A program made the translations under genes and the position numbers. Below the pieces are notes generated by a model that worked only from the letters and a program-made list of their open reading frames with translations, was not told the DNA's origin and ran no database searches. A DNA stretch of 58,733 nt, filler included, from Sphacelaria rigidula (taxonomy: Eukaryota): assembly GCA_964200075.2 (NCBI GenBank). It is 9 parts of 9 records of this genome, joined end to end, with 100 filler letters (N's around TTAATTAATTAA, not from the genome) between each part and the next. Parts side by side here need not be neighbours in the genome. Positions count along the whole stretch, not along the records: positions 1 to 6,437 come from CAXNAA020020064.1; positions 6,538 to 12,974 come from CAXNAA020020065.1; 7 more parts are not named here. One strand, 5' to 3'. Shown here one piece after another: positions 1-11,222 of this stretch (positions are counted from its first letter, which is position 1; the number at the start of each line of letters is the position of its first letter).

Positions 1-378
1 GTGTGGAAGGATGTCTGACACACTCATGAGCCTCTTTTTTCGTGCAACCAGATACCCCCCCCCGCTATCGTAGGATGACTCTGCGGTATATTCTTGCAGC
101 AATTCAATACACGTATGCATATGTAGGTGTGGGTGTGAAGGCGGGACGGACAGGTCAGACTGAGAAGCCATCCCGGGTAAAAAACAAACAAAATGGACTT
201 CAGTACCCACGTCAGACAAACAGTCATTTTCACGGTGTGTGTTTTGTCAATTGAACACGAAAAAAAGCAGCCTTCCTGTATCTTCTTCTATTTTTTTCTC
301 GTTTCTACTTAGCATAACAAGTAATTTTGTAACGCGTACTACCAATCATGATTCAGCGTGGGTTAGCGGGTTATCTAC

Positions 379-441
379 CTTTTCCTCGGCGGCGCGCCTA
401 GCCCTCAGCTCGTCCAGCTCTGCTCGCTTGTCCATATCCCT
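379..441 (-). CDS. CFAP45: CFAP45-like, internal exon (RDMDKRAELDELRARRAAEEK)
   Basis: ttgcag| acceptor and |gtagat donor, 63 bp. Q-x-x-x-D-x-x-AE-x-D-x-LRA-x-R-x-x-E resembles the conserved CFAP45 (trichoplein-homology) motif, from recall rather than a search. Confidence 0.72.
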
Positions 442-539
442 CTGCAACGTATAATTCATAAAAAAACGGCATCGAGTACGATGAAAAAGCTGCTGTCATT
501 CGTCGGTATTTTGTTACCAAGCGAATATTAGCCTCCTCT

Positions 540-853
540 ACGCTTCTTCCTTTTTGAGCTATATATTCCATTTTCTTTCTGCTCCTTTTTTGTTTGTTTT
601 GCTTCTACTGTAGGTCGGCCATCTCTTTCTGTGCTTTGCTTTTGTTAATTTTTTATTTCTTCCTTTCTTTTTTATTTCTTTTAACGTCTTAGTCTACTAT
701 GTCGTTCTGTTCGACTTTTTTTTCCTGCTCCTCCGTTTTCTTGAGCGACTGTTTCAATTTTGCTTTTCTTGGTTACGTCTACCATGCGACCACGGCTGGA
801 CCCACGGGTGGTTTAGTTAAAATGCGACAATCAATCAAAATCAATCAAAAATC
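540..853 (+). mobile_element. RTE-like LINE 3' UTR fragment with (AATC)n tail
   Basis: T-rich body ending GGTTTAGTTAAAATGCGACAATCAATCAAAATC, homologous to the 3' end at ~1905-1954. Confidence 0.7.
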
Positions 854-901
854 TAAGACGGACCCGCGATCGCAGCACACGTAGAAATGGAAAAACCGCA
901 C

Positions 902-991
902 CTGCTGCCCCTCCAAGAGGCTCTGCTGTCTGGCTTTCATCATCTGCTGCTTCTCCTCCTCCGCAACCTCGCGGAGTCGCATTTCTTCGTC
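902..991 (-). CDS. CFAP45: CFAP45-like, internal exon (DEEMRLREVAEEEKQQMMKARQQSLLEGQQ)
   Basis: cccag| acceptor and |gtgcgg donor, 90 bp, phase 0. Confidence 0.72.
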
Positions 992-1317
992 CTGGGCCAC
1001 GCCGAAAAAAATAGCATTAATTACAAATGTGCAAGACATCACGTGAGGAACAGGTTTGCCGGGAGGGTTTTCTAATCATTTCCTGGCCGTCACATGTCCT
1101 TCCTTTGGCCGTGGTCTGCTACATACGTAGCTCACTGCAGCCTTGTCCCCCCTCGTCCCAGACACATACCCGGACCAAGATTGCGTTAAGCTACCGCCGT
1201 AAGAGGGTCTGTCTCCACCTCGATCAAATGTACACTCAGAAAGTCTACGCCGAAAAAAGACGGTGGAGTTATGGAAACTGCCTACATTTATAGTAGTATT
1301 ACATCACTAGATGTATT

Positions 1318-1954
1318 TTGGGTCACTGCGGCGAAGAACATGGGCAAATGGCATACGGGAATCGAAACAGGAGCGGGAGAGTTTGAGGACACGTGGCGAC
1401 GCGCGGACAAACGAGAATCAGACCGCCGTCACAAACGAGAGGCTGCTGCGTCGAGGGCCGCCAATCGAAGAATCCTGTCTGCTTATATCGGTTGTTGATT
1501 ATTTACTTAGTCGGTGGCTCTGTGGTGCCCACTGCTGTGTGTCTGTATCTACTCTGCTGCCCTGAATCCCTTGGGCTTTTTCCTTTTTATTATTATTACT
1601 ATTTTGTTTTTTGTTTTTTTTGTTTTTTTTCATCATTTTATTATTTTATTTTTATTTTATTTTATTTTATTATTGTCATGTTTTGCTCTTTTCTTTCCTC
1701 TTCGTTTCCTTTCTTCTGTTCAGATCGGTCATTTCTTTCTTTGCTTTGCTTTTGTTGAATTTTGTACTATTATTTTTTTACGTCTTAGTGGACTATGTCG
1801 TTCTGATCGACTTTTTTTCTGTTCCTTCTTTTTTTCCAGCGAGTGTTTCAGTTTTTTTTGTTTGGGGTATAGTACGTTTATCATGAGATCACCGCTGGAC
1901 CCCTGGGGGTTCAGTTAAAGTGCGACAATCAATCAACCAATCAGTCAATCAACC
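1318..1954 (+). mobile_element. 5'-truncated RTE-like LINE: ORF C-terminus, T-rich 3' UTR and (AATC)n tail
   Basis: Encodes WVTAAKNMGKWHTGIETGAGEFEDTWRRAD (RTE-type C-terminal W..A....W pattern). UTR shared with 25553-25930. Ends TGCGACAATCAATCAACCAATCAGTCAATC. Confidence 0.7.
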
Positions 1955-2320
1955 ATAGACATCTTCATGGCCTGGTAGGCCCCGACGGCCTCCATGCTTC
2001 TGCACGTGTGTACCGCCATGAGATACATACACGTCCATGGCCTGGCAAGTCAGGATAATCTCCACACTCTACGCGTGCGTATCGCCATTAGATATACGTT
2101 CGTACCGGCCTGGAAGGCAGGATGGTCTCTGTACTCCACATATGCGTATTGCCATTAGATAGACGTTCGTAGCCGCCTGGCAGGCCAGGATAGTATCCGT
2201 ACTCCACACGTGCGTAATATCACGACCTGGTACCCCAGGACGGCTTCGACGCTTTACAGTTGTGAACCGATCGTCATTAGATAGATACCTTCATGGCCTG
2301 GTAGGCCAGGATGGCCTCAA
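1955..2320. repeat. Degenerate ~67-70-bp tandem array derived from the CFAP45 exon end and splice donor
   Basis: CCTGG core at 1971, 2041, 2109, 2176, 2226, 2297. The last unit overlaps the real exon/intron junction. Confidence 0.75.
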
Positions 2321-2408
2321 CTTCTTCCTCCTCGCGAACTTTCGCCGCCCTGCGCATCTCAATAGCAGCGTCGTTGGCGGCCATGACCTCTACACGAGCG
2401 CTTCGAAC
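2289..2408 (-). CDS. CFAP45: CFAP45-like, internal exon (VRSARVEVMAANDAAIEMRRAAKVREEEEVEAILAYQAMK)
   Basis: tgtaag| acceptor and |gtatct donor, 120 bp, phase 0, charged coiled-coil sequence. Confidence 0.72.
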
Positions 2409-3111
2409 CTTACAATGACAATTTAGTCCATAGTGTATGAGTACAGCCGGGCAACAGACATACGCGCGCACACACACACGCACATTAGCCAGAACCAACA
2501 GCAAAGTGTTTCTGTTGTCGTCTCAGCAGGGCAAACACGTAGCGGTGAGGCCACCGGCCGTAGGTGCTCGTGCATGTATGAACATATCAGCACATGTCAC
2601 CAAATGAACTAAAAAAATAAATAGACGTTAGCAACAATAATAACTACAACTACTACTACTACTACTACTACTACTTCGTACTACTTCTATGACAACAAAT
2701 TGCTAAGCTGGCTAGAATATATAAGAACGAGAGAAGGGTGTGGCGCGGTATTTCGAGTACCCTGTGAATACTCGTGATGTTTTTTCAGTCAACGCTAGTT
2801 CAGGTACAATCCGGAACAGCAACTATTTTTGAATGTCAGACAGCTCATGAGCTACCTGAATATTCCATCTTACTAGCGTACTGATCCGGGCCATGAGCTA
2901 GCTCATTTGGCCCAGCTTTTCATATTCCCTCCCTACAGCGCTGGACGCCGAGCACGCCACGTAGCGCAAGAGTAGCCCTTGGACTTCTCGGACCCCGCTG
3001 TCACGTACTTTGTGGTTTTGGACAACGGATCTTATTAGTAGACTCCTCTTCGATTACTTTTTGGCGGTCAATACCCGCGGTACCGTACCCAAGCTATCTT
3101 TGCAAAAATAC

Positions 3112-3189
3112 CTCTTGCGCCCGCTTGTGTGCGGCAGCCTTGTCTTCATCTGCGTATCTCTCGATGACGGCGAGCATCGCACGGTTCTC
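3112..3189 (-). CDS. CFAP45: CFAP45/CCDC19-like flagellar coiled-coil protein, internal exon (ENRAMLAVIERYADEDKAAAHKRAQE)
   Basis: AG/GT-bounded 78-bp phase-0 exon. Splices in frame to the exons at 2408-2289, 991-902 and 441-379. Confidence 0.7.
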
Positions 3190-3231
3190 CTGCAGCGAAC
3201 AGTGGGGGTCGTCGGGGGCAGCAGAGAGTTT

Positions 3232-3470
3232 CAAGGGTGTGTTGGGTAGGGTAAATACCCGGGTATTTACTCTCCCGAAGTTTGTGTTGCGATAGTTCGG
3301 TCTCCGAATCCTACCCAATTTTTGGGTAACGTTAAGTACGTTCGAATTACTTGGTCCAATATCTGGGTATTGTTGAGTATGATTTCAATGATCTACCCGA
3401 GTTTTCGGTGCTCGGAGTACAATTTCTCAGAATACCTGGGTGTAGGGAAACCATACCCAACACACTCTTG
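3232..3470. mobile_element. hAT-type MITE (239 bp)
   Basis: TIRs CAAGGGTGTGTTGGGTAGGG / CCATACCCAACACACTCTTG. Perfect 8-bp TSD GAGAGTTT (3224-3231, 3471-3478). Internal GGGTA/TACCC motifs. Confidence 0.85.
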
Positions 3471-3639
3471 GAGAGTTTACTGTACGTCATCCACCCGTCG
3501 CAACAGAGGCATGGTGGAATTGCACTTGCTTTTTGATGCTCTTCCTTGGTTTTATTTATAGTGCAGATGATGAGCACTCTGTACCCCTTGCTATCTTCTT
3601 TTGTGCCCGTTAGGTGAGCTTCCTTTTCCACAGCTCCTC

Positions 3640-4066
3640 CTTCTTTTTTTCTTGCAATATTCGTGACTTTGTATTTTTCTTGTTTTTGATTTCGTTATTT
3701 TTTCCCCTCGTTCAGTTTTGAGTTCGTCTGTTCTATTATATTTATGTTCTATTATATTTATCTTTCCCGACCGTTCGCCTTCGTTGAGCTTCCTTTACCA
3801 AACGCTTTTTCGTGTTGCGTGTTCTCTTGCTCTTCAGTTTACTTTATCTGTGCTGTTTTACACATCGTTCTTGAACTTTCCCCCTTCCTTTCTCGACTTT
3901 CCATCGGCGAGTGTTCCCGTGCTCGTAAACCTTTGTTACATCATGTTGTGGACAATGACCATCATGTTGTGGATAATGACCTTGTGACACCATGCTGTGG
4001 ATAATGACCATGCCTGGATCCCCCGGAGATCGGTTAAGGTACGAAAATCAGTCGATCTATCAATCG
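3640..4066 (+). mobile_element. Diverged RTE-like LINE 3' UTR
   Basis: T-rich body, triplicated GTGGAYAATGACC, end CCTGGATCCCCCGGAG...TACGAAAATCAGTCGATCTATCAATC similar to the other (AATC)-tailed copies. Confidence 0.5.
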
Positions 4067-5342
4067 ATGAGTAGTCGAGTACGCGCACCGTACCGCTTAA
4101 ACAACCACATCCAACAAGAACGTTCGTGAGATTGAGAGTGTAGCAATCGATCGAGAATAGACTTTTAACCCTTGTTTGGAATGGGCATCATGCTCACCTG
4201 AAAAGTTACTGCGTGACCCCGATTCCTAACCTGGCGGTCAAAGGGTTAACATTCCGAAGAGTTAGTCGTTGGATATATAGATATATAATCCGGAAGCAAA
4301 CAAACACTGACGTATGATTCTTTGAAGTCGCGATGGGTTAATACCCTATACTCGCATCTCAACGTTTTATTCAGAAGAACATCTTTGGGATATATGGCAT
4401 TCTGCGCGGTATATAGTCGTAGCCTGCCCAACGTCCAGCGGCGTTTTTGATGGGAGGAATGTTCCGATTGTTCATACGCTCATCCCCTTCCTTTTTACTC
4501 TTGGTTCAACCAGACGTATCTTTCCTATTGTTACGTGTTACTGTTTCACTCATGGACAGCGAAGAAATAAACATCGTGTTCCTTACAAAAGTCCACTCCC
4601 AATCGAATCCTCTACTCTCGACCTCAGGAAAACCCTGTTAGCTCGACTCATCCCCGCGGACTAGTCGATGCGAGACAATCCGTCAAGCTTCGTCATTCAA
4701 TGGAATCAACAAGCCGACCAATAAACTCCCTCGGATAAGATCAACGACAATATATGTCGATTGAAATCAAAAGTCATTATTCGAACGCAATGAAATCACT
4801 CATACAATCAAACAAAAGCAAAACAAGCACCGTAGAATTCGGATTGATGCTGATAGCCTTCAAGCAAGTGCCCTCTCAGCGTTTCGCCTTTCTGTCTATT
4901 TGAGCGCCGACTTAAGCTATCTGTCAACCCGAATGTTGCCGATTGTAGAGGAAAAGGTGCCATCTGAAAGTTCCTTTTTCCGGGGGGTTCTCGATCTGCC
5001 TCGGGTTGGAGCTTTGCTTAATAAGGAAACAAAGAATAGCAACAGGGTTGGGGCTTGTAAGCAAAACCGCAAGCTGTATGTGTCAACCATGAGGTTTGGT
5101 CCACGACGTGGAACGCGCGGTACGTAGAAGGGAAGAGGCGTATACCATGGTTGGTATACTCTGAATACCACCCGTTGTGAGGTGGTGCCGGACCTTTTCT
5201 CTGTAACAAGCGAGGCCCAACAGGCACTGCCGTTTATCTGGAGATCTCGACGACGTATTTCTTAGGTACTGTGCAAGTTCGAGCTGTGTTTTTTTCTTCA
5301 AAGCGTTCGCTTCTATTTCAAGAGGTTTTTGGCGTCGATCCC

Positions 5343-5506
5343 GAGTCATGCTACGATAGGGCGGGAGGGGGGGGGGGGGGGGGGGGGGGCGCGCCCAAAA
5401 AAAAAGGGGCGCTGGGGGGCGGAAAACGCCCAACAACACACCGACGCGGCTTTTTNNNNNNNNNNGGGGTGACGGCGGGTCGGTGCGGGGTGGGACGGGG
5501 GGGGGG

Positions 5507-5538
<32 letters not shown>

Positions 5539-5765
5539 AGGTCGATTCCACGAAAAAATGGGCTCATAGGTACGTCAAACGGCCAAACACAATCGCGATA
5601 CGCTTTTATTTGGATGTACGCGGTATCAAGCAGTGTGAATGAGTGTTATTTATCGGGAGCAAGCACGTTCAAACAACTGTTGCTGCTTTCAACGACGATT
5701 CAAGTGTGAACGTCGTGGGAAAAAACGTTAAAAAAGTGCCCCTTTCCCTTATCGTAGCATGACTC
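5343..5765. mobile_element. MITE with GAG...CTC termini (Sola-like), ~410-bp family; contains an assembly gap
   Basis: TIRs GAGTCATGCTACGATAGG / CTTATCGTAGCATGACTC, flanks TCCC/TCCT, interior homologous to 30887-31551. Further TIR ends at ~55-81 and 6538-6571. Confidence 0.75.
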
Positions 5766-6437
5766 TCCTGCTGTCGGAATCTGCTATCTGGTCACTACGG
5801 AAGCCATATTTGATAAATTTATTGTAGTGCAAAATTGATCGATAAAGTAGTTGAGGGGCTGATTGCCTATGGCACCTCACAGTAGCTGGTCCGTTGCGAG
5901 TACAGCTGTAGTAACAATATTGTCGTACCTAGGGTAAACGAACGATAAACACTCGCTGAGGGAAACCTACAAGACAATTATATTCAATCTGATTTTACTG
6001 GGAATCCAGCTCGACCTATCCTGACCTGGTTCTGGATGACACAAAAGAGACCAGGAAGCACTAATATCGATAGCAGCGGTAGTAATGATGGCAGTAGCCA
6101 CAGGAGTCGCGGTTGTGGTAGTGGAGGCCGAACTACCGTACTCCAGTGCTAATCGTACAGGGGCTGTTGCAAACGATAGAATAAGAAAAGTTATGTTTAT
6201 CAAATCACACAAGCACACACATTATTAATGTATTGCAGGATTTATACACATCCCGTGGGATATTTCGCTGTTTTTTCTTGTGCAAAGTGGCGTAAAGTAT
6301 GTTTTCCAACGCAGCGCATGTTTCAGTATCCGATACAGATAGTACACCCCCCCCCCCCCCCCCCCCTCCGCAACGCAAACCCCCCCCTCCGTCCCCTAAA
6401 CACTAGGGCCCGCCGGCCACGGCCCCCCACCCCCCGC

Positions 6438-6537
6438 NNNNNNNNNNNNNNNNNNNNNNNNNNNNNNNNNNNNNNNNNNNNTTAATTAATTAANNNNNNN
6501 NNNNNNNNNNNNNNNNNNNNNNNNNNNNNNNNNNNNN
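6438..6537. other. Artificial scaffold spacer N44-TTAATTAATTAA-N44 (also 12975-13074, 19512-19611, 26049-26148, 32586-32685, 39123-39222, 45660-45759, 52197-52296)
   Basis: Identical 100-bp block with stops in all six frames, recurring every 6537 bp; 9x6437+8x100=58733. Confidence 0.98.
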
Positions 6538-6872
6538 CCAAAATACCCCCCCCCCTATCGTAGGATGACTCTGAAGTACGGACCGGTACGCAACAGACAG
6601 CTGCACAACTGTGCAGCTGTCACGTGATCGTTTCATCGTTTCACCCTTGTGTACAGACAGTAGCAGGTGTACAGCACTTTGATGTCACCCCACTTTTGAG
6701 CTTACCGGAACACCGCATGCAGCACTACAACTGTTCAGGCACTCTCCAGCGCACATCACACCATATTCATCGTAGAGTGCTCGAATGCATAACAGCACAG
6801 CGACAACTACAGCATAGAAATGATGGGTGTGGGAAGCGCCTTGTGCGTTTGACTACATATTCCAAAACAAAT

Positions 6873-7445
6873 ATTGTTGTGTTGTGTTCAGTGTAGTACT
6901 TTGTACTCCATATCATGGGGTCACGTTTCGGGCAGTTTTCCGAAAAGTTCTGCTTGTTTTTGGAAAATTTATGCTTGTTTTTTTAAAAGTATTCTAAAAA
7001 AAACGAGACAGTTTTCTGTCACAGAAATCCAATGCCGAATCTGGAATAGCCTCAGACAACAACCAATTGAAATTGGAATTAAATTGGAAAACTTATTGCT
7101 GTGTTGTCGTAGTACTACAGCAGCAGCATCTGGACACTTTTCATTTTGCAACAAGAGAAGCTGATGCATACTGTATACAGTCCGTGTTCAGGTTTCGAGA
7201 AACACTGCAGGATTGCTATGTTGTGTTGTGTTGTGTTCAGTGTAGTACACTGTACTCCATATACCACGGCATTGTGTGTGGTCAGTGTAGTACACTGTAC
7301 TCCATGTAAGGGGGTCACGTTGTGGGCAGTTTTTGAAAAGTTCTGCTCGTTTTCTTCAAAGTATTCGAGATGGTTTTCTGTCACAGAAATCCAAAGCCGA
7401 ATCCGGAATGGCCTGAGACAACAACCAATTCGAAAATTGGAATTA
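6873..7445. repeat. Diverged direct duplication, period ~350 bp
   Basis: TTGTGTTGTGTTCAGTGTAGTAC...GGGGTCACGTT...TTTTCTGTCACAGAAATCCAA...AGACAACAACCAATT present at 6873-7080 and 7220-7445. Confidence 0.8.
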
Positions 7446-8149
7446 GCACAGGTCTCCCAAGGACCAAGCAGAGGCAACGCGGACACTTTGTCGTTAAAAA
7501 ACGGTCTTTGCGCCTATCGTGCGCCGAAAGTCGAGTCCTACGACAAAAAAATCAAACAAAACACAAGACCGAAAACCCAAACGATCGCAGGCGAAGCATA
7601 TGTGTAGACCTCACCACCATAGGTATGAAGCACACGTCCCCAGCCCCTGCGAGACCGAGATACTATCTCTACAATCACAGACGCCGACAGCAAGGGATAC
7701 ACACGAAGAAAGGCTACAAAATACAGAAAACGTCGGGAAGGACAAAAACAAATAGCCCGCCTAACACCGCGCCAGAGAGGATGATTGAACCACGCAATAC
7801 GAGGCGCCTCGTACCCAGAGCCCACGGCCCAAGTCCGCGACTCAGTGGGCCAAACAGGGATACCTTTTGTGCGATGTGCGCCGAATTTATCACACGAATC
7901 CATACTCCGGCACGGAGCGCAACACATCCGCCGACTTCGACAGCAGCCGTCCTTCCGGTTCGATACCGCCCGCGATACCACAACGCGTCGGCGTCGACAT
8001 GTGGAGCCAACGAATTTACCACGACCACAGACGGATGTATGATTTGTCGTGACAGGCGGGTAGAAACCGTCACTCCAGCTTCCGGCGGGGCAGGCAATAA
8101 TCCTGGATCCAAACTAAGGTTTCACTTCCCGTCCCCCATTCCGTCCATT

Positions 8150-8222
8150 GTGCTCCGTCTCGAAAGGGATGCGTCGTGAATGGTCGAACGACTAAGGCAA
8201 GCAACAAATGAGTTCGCCCCCC
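8150..8222 (+). mobile_element. C-tailed LINE, extreme 3' fragment (family A)
   Basis: GCTCCGTCTCGAAAGGGATGCG...GCAACAAATGAGTTCG plus C-run. TSD TCCGTCCATT at 8140-8149 and 8223-8232, each preceded by Cs. Confidence 0.85.
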
Positions 8223-8849
8223 TCCGTCCATTTATCGCGGAGTTGTTACACCTTGCACATCAACAGCGCGGACGCTTTCCGTAGACGCCTGGCAAATCCA
8301 CACGACCCGCTATCCCACAGCTAGGCGAAAGCCTCGCGTACCGCCGACGGAACCTCTCTGTCCCCGACCCACAGAACGGGGCATGCCTCCGTGAAATAGT
8401 CCCGCCGAAGTATCTGCACCCTCCGTCCATGTGCTTCGAGCGATCTCGTTGCCCCGAAGGCCGCCTGCACAGGGAGTCAAGAGTTAGAGGTGACGGACGC
8501 GGCACGGACACGGTGGGCTCAATGAAACGTTGAAGACAGACAGAAAGGAATTCTCCTTAGGCGGGGACGACTGTGAACAGCGCAAGTATCGTGTGCATCG
8601 CCGAAGGGGTGGCGCGGATGCATTGGGCATGACAGCGGCGCACGCACAACGTGCGCGGGCCACGACACTCTGTAGCCGGAATGGCAGGTATGAACAGCAT
8701 TTGGTGCGGGAGATGGGCGCTGAAGTACAGAGGTGAAAAGTAGAAATCACGCCATACCACAAAAACGGCGAAGACGAGAAAATATGTGAGTGCGAAGCCG
8801 CGGTTCGACAGAAAACTACTCGCATCGCGAGTCCAATACCACTACCGCG

Positions 8850-9450
8850 CCCTGCTGGTGTCATGGGACTTTGGTCACCAGTGGGATGGACGAGATGCGG
8901 ATTCCAACCCCGAAGGTTTGTCTTTACTTTGTGCATGTGAGCTTCCAACTTCATTCGGATATCAGGTGTTTCGACAAATGCATGGCCCGATCGCGCAGCT
9001 CTACTAAAAGATACGAGTACTTTCACATGCGATGGCTGTACTGTACACGGATATTAGGACCGTCCACCAGGGCTTTCAAAAAAAAATACATATCGTAATT
9101 CTCGCACAGCGTTCGAGCATAGGGTGGACGCACTTGGTGGTCATCTCGACATCAAGAACACGCTTTGATAGAGGCGTCTATGGCAGTTCACGCGCCGACA
9201 GCATAACGTGCAGAGTGAGTGTCTTGCCGCATCCTTCCATCGAGAAAAGGAGTGATGGCAATTAATTTCAGCGAAATTCGCTTATTTTCTCTCGACTTCG
9301 ATCGAAGCGAAGTTTCAAGCTTTCCGTCGGAAAAGGACGGTAAAATTCGTGAAGCGGTACATGGTCGTTTGTGAACAATACACACAGTTCGTGCTGTCTG
9401 CACTGTTTGCATGCAGTGTATCTTGAGTTCGTGTCTGCGTGATTCGTGCA
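8850..9450 (+). pseudogene. Possible heavily decayed PIF/Harbinger (DDE_Tnp_4-like) transposase remnant
   Basis: Frameshifted pieces in the expected order: GMDEMRIPTP, ADS, KFAYFLS/RLRSK, QAF, GKGR, ALFACSV. Weak, by eye only. Confidence 0.3.
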
Positions 9451-9659
9451 GCAGGATGTGAAAGAGGAGCAGGAAGAATGTACAGCTTTCACGGCAGCAT
9501 AGTCTGTTCTCCCTGCCTACAATGCGACGTGAAGAGGACCCGGCCAACGCGCAACTTTGTACATGCGTTGTGTCCATGACCGCGTCCGCGAGGGGATTAG
9601 CTACCTTACCACGCCGTTCTAACCCTGAGCTCTACGATGAAAAAAGATGGCCAAGTTTT

Positions 9660-9996
9660 CACACGTCAGACGAGCACGAATATGACTCGTGGCTCGCATT
9701 CGATGGGCTAATCGTGGTGAAAAAAGGAAAACAGGGTGAGAACTCGAGTCATTGCTCGTGGTCAAAACAATCCACAGGGCGAGTGTTCGAGTCATTCCTC
9801 GTTGGTCGAAAAACTCATAGATCTAGTAGCACTCGAGTCATTGTTCGTGGTGGAAAAATTTATGACTCCACCACACGAGTCGTCGGTCTTGGTGACAACA
9901 AATAAATAACTCGAGCACACCAGTAACGCTCGTGATGTTAAAAAAAATATCAACGAGTACACTCGTTTCGATAAGTGATCACTCGTCCGACGTGTG
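9660..9996. mobile_element. hAT-type MITE with internal ~45-bp periodic repeats
   Basis: TIRs CACACGTCAGACGAG / CTCGTCCGACGTGTG. 8-bp TSD CAAGTTTT/CAAGTTGT (7/8). Repeated CTCGAGTCATTG-TCGTGG motif. Confidence 0.8.
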
Positions 9997-10375
9997 CAAG
10001 TTGTCGTCGACAAATGTATACACAGCATACCCAACTACTGCAGTGCATCCATCCGTGTGCTCAACTCTTGCTCTATGCTGTAGGGTTGCGTACGTAGATA
10101 AGGATGAGTGGTGCGTACTAGTGTACATGATTATGTCAACGGATGGTATCTGGCGTAGTGGTCCATACGTTGGGGGTCAAGCGCCTCTTTGTGCTTTTTG
10201 CCCGCGTGTTCGTTCGAAAAAGTTTTTTTTTCCTGTTTTTTACTTCTTCTCCGCTCGCCACTAAGGCCGTGTCTTAGCATGTCATTTTTCAGTCGAGAAG
10301 GTGCGGTGGAAAACAGAAACTCCGATACAATATGTCGTAATTCGAATCAGCTTCAAAGTAAACTACGATAGCTGA

Positions 10376-10471
10376 ATAGCAGGGACGGTATTGAGAGGAC
10401 GACCCTACGTCTGTGACCACGGGTTCGAGAAATTGGACTAATGTGCGGAAGTAATACTAATAATAACAAAT
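10376..10471 (+). mobile_element. Short non-LTR 3' end with TAA-rich tail (second copy 21795-21887 on minus; related sequence ~13915-13980 on minus)
   Basis: ATAGCAGGGACGGTATTG...CTACGTCTGTGACCACGGGTTCG...GGACTAATGTGCGGAA plus (TAA)-like tail, present in two scaffolds. Confidence 0.65.
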
Positions 10472-10514
10472 AGCTGAAATCACTCCTGTGCTGTAGTACG
10501 TACACTACAGGTGT

Positions 10515-11004
10515 GACTCGACTGTGCGAGCCAATCAAGAGAATTTTTCACTGCATCATTCACTACGAAGGTCGCTTTCTATTGGCACTAGATTCCACGG
10601 ATTCTCACCGAAGGGCCCCTGATTGATGATTTTGCATTTCAAAAATTTAACCATGTATGGGCGTCGGCCCTGGCACGAGTGTGCGATCCGCTCACAAACA
10701 TTTTTCACTAAATAATTCACTACGACGGTCGTGTGTCACTGGCGCTAGATTTCGTCGATTCCTTACTGAAGGGCCTCTGACTGGTTGAATTTAACCTCCC
10801 ACTGCGGATATACAACCCTATGTATGGGCGCTGTGCCTGACTCGAGTGTGCGAATCAATCGCAAGCATTTTTCACTACATACCTCACTATGGAGGTCGCA
10901 TTTTATTTGCGCTAGATTCCGCTGATCACTCACTGAAGCGCCTCTGATTGGTTGAAGTTAACGTTCCACTGCAAAAATCTACCCCCATGTATGCGCGCCG
11001 TGCT
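10515..11004. repeat. Three diverged ~160-168-bp tandem repeats
   Basis: TTTTCACT...TCACTA...GGTCG...CTAGATT...GAAG...CTGA...ATGTATG.GCG recurring at ~10544, 10701 and 10869. Confidence 0.75.
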
Positions 11005-11222
11005 AGATACCGCCTGGACCAATCCCAAATAGCACCTGTCACAGGAGGATGTCCTTATATACAGTATTCATATTAGACTGTTCGAGAGACGGTCGGACTG
11101 TGCTCGCCTCGTGTTGACTCGCCGATGATTGGCCCCAGTTCAATCCACCGTAATCACTTGAATGCACAATGCGAACAGTCGCTGTGACATATGCGGCATT
11201 CTTCTTGGCCTGCACAATCTGT

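Noticed and set aside
1393..1918. Phe-rich membrane-protein ORFs (also 16381-16862, 25502-26104, 40142-40538)
   Set aside because: They are translations of T-rich LINE 3' UTRs.
5360..5540. Poly-Gly/poly-Pro ORFs and exact G/C tract lengths (also near 6350, 16450, 18550-18750, 19420, 52100)
   Set aside because: Homopolymer tracts beside gaps or scaffold ends with visibly error-rich sequence; lengths and frames are unreliable.
6482..6493. TTAATTAATTAA recurring every 6537 bp as a biological periodic motif
   Set aside because: It is an artificial six-frame-stop linker embedded in N runs.
7370..8179. 269-aa ORF as a gene
   Set aside because: No recognisable motif or splice structure; it begins in a duplicated repeat and ends in a LINE fragment.
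9740..9920. CRISPR array
   Set aside because: Only 3-4 degenerate repeats with ~17-bp spacers, no cas genes, eukaryotic context, and enclosed by TIRs and an 8-bp TSD.
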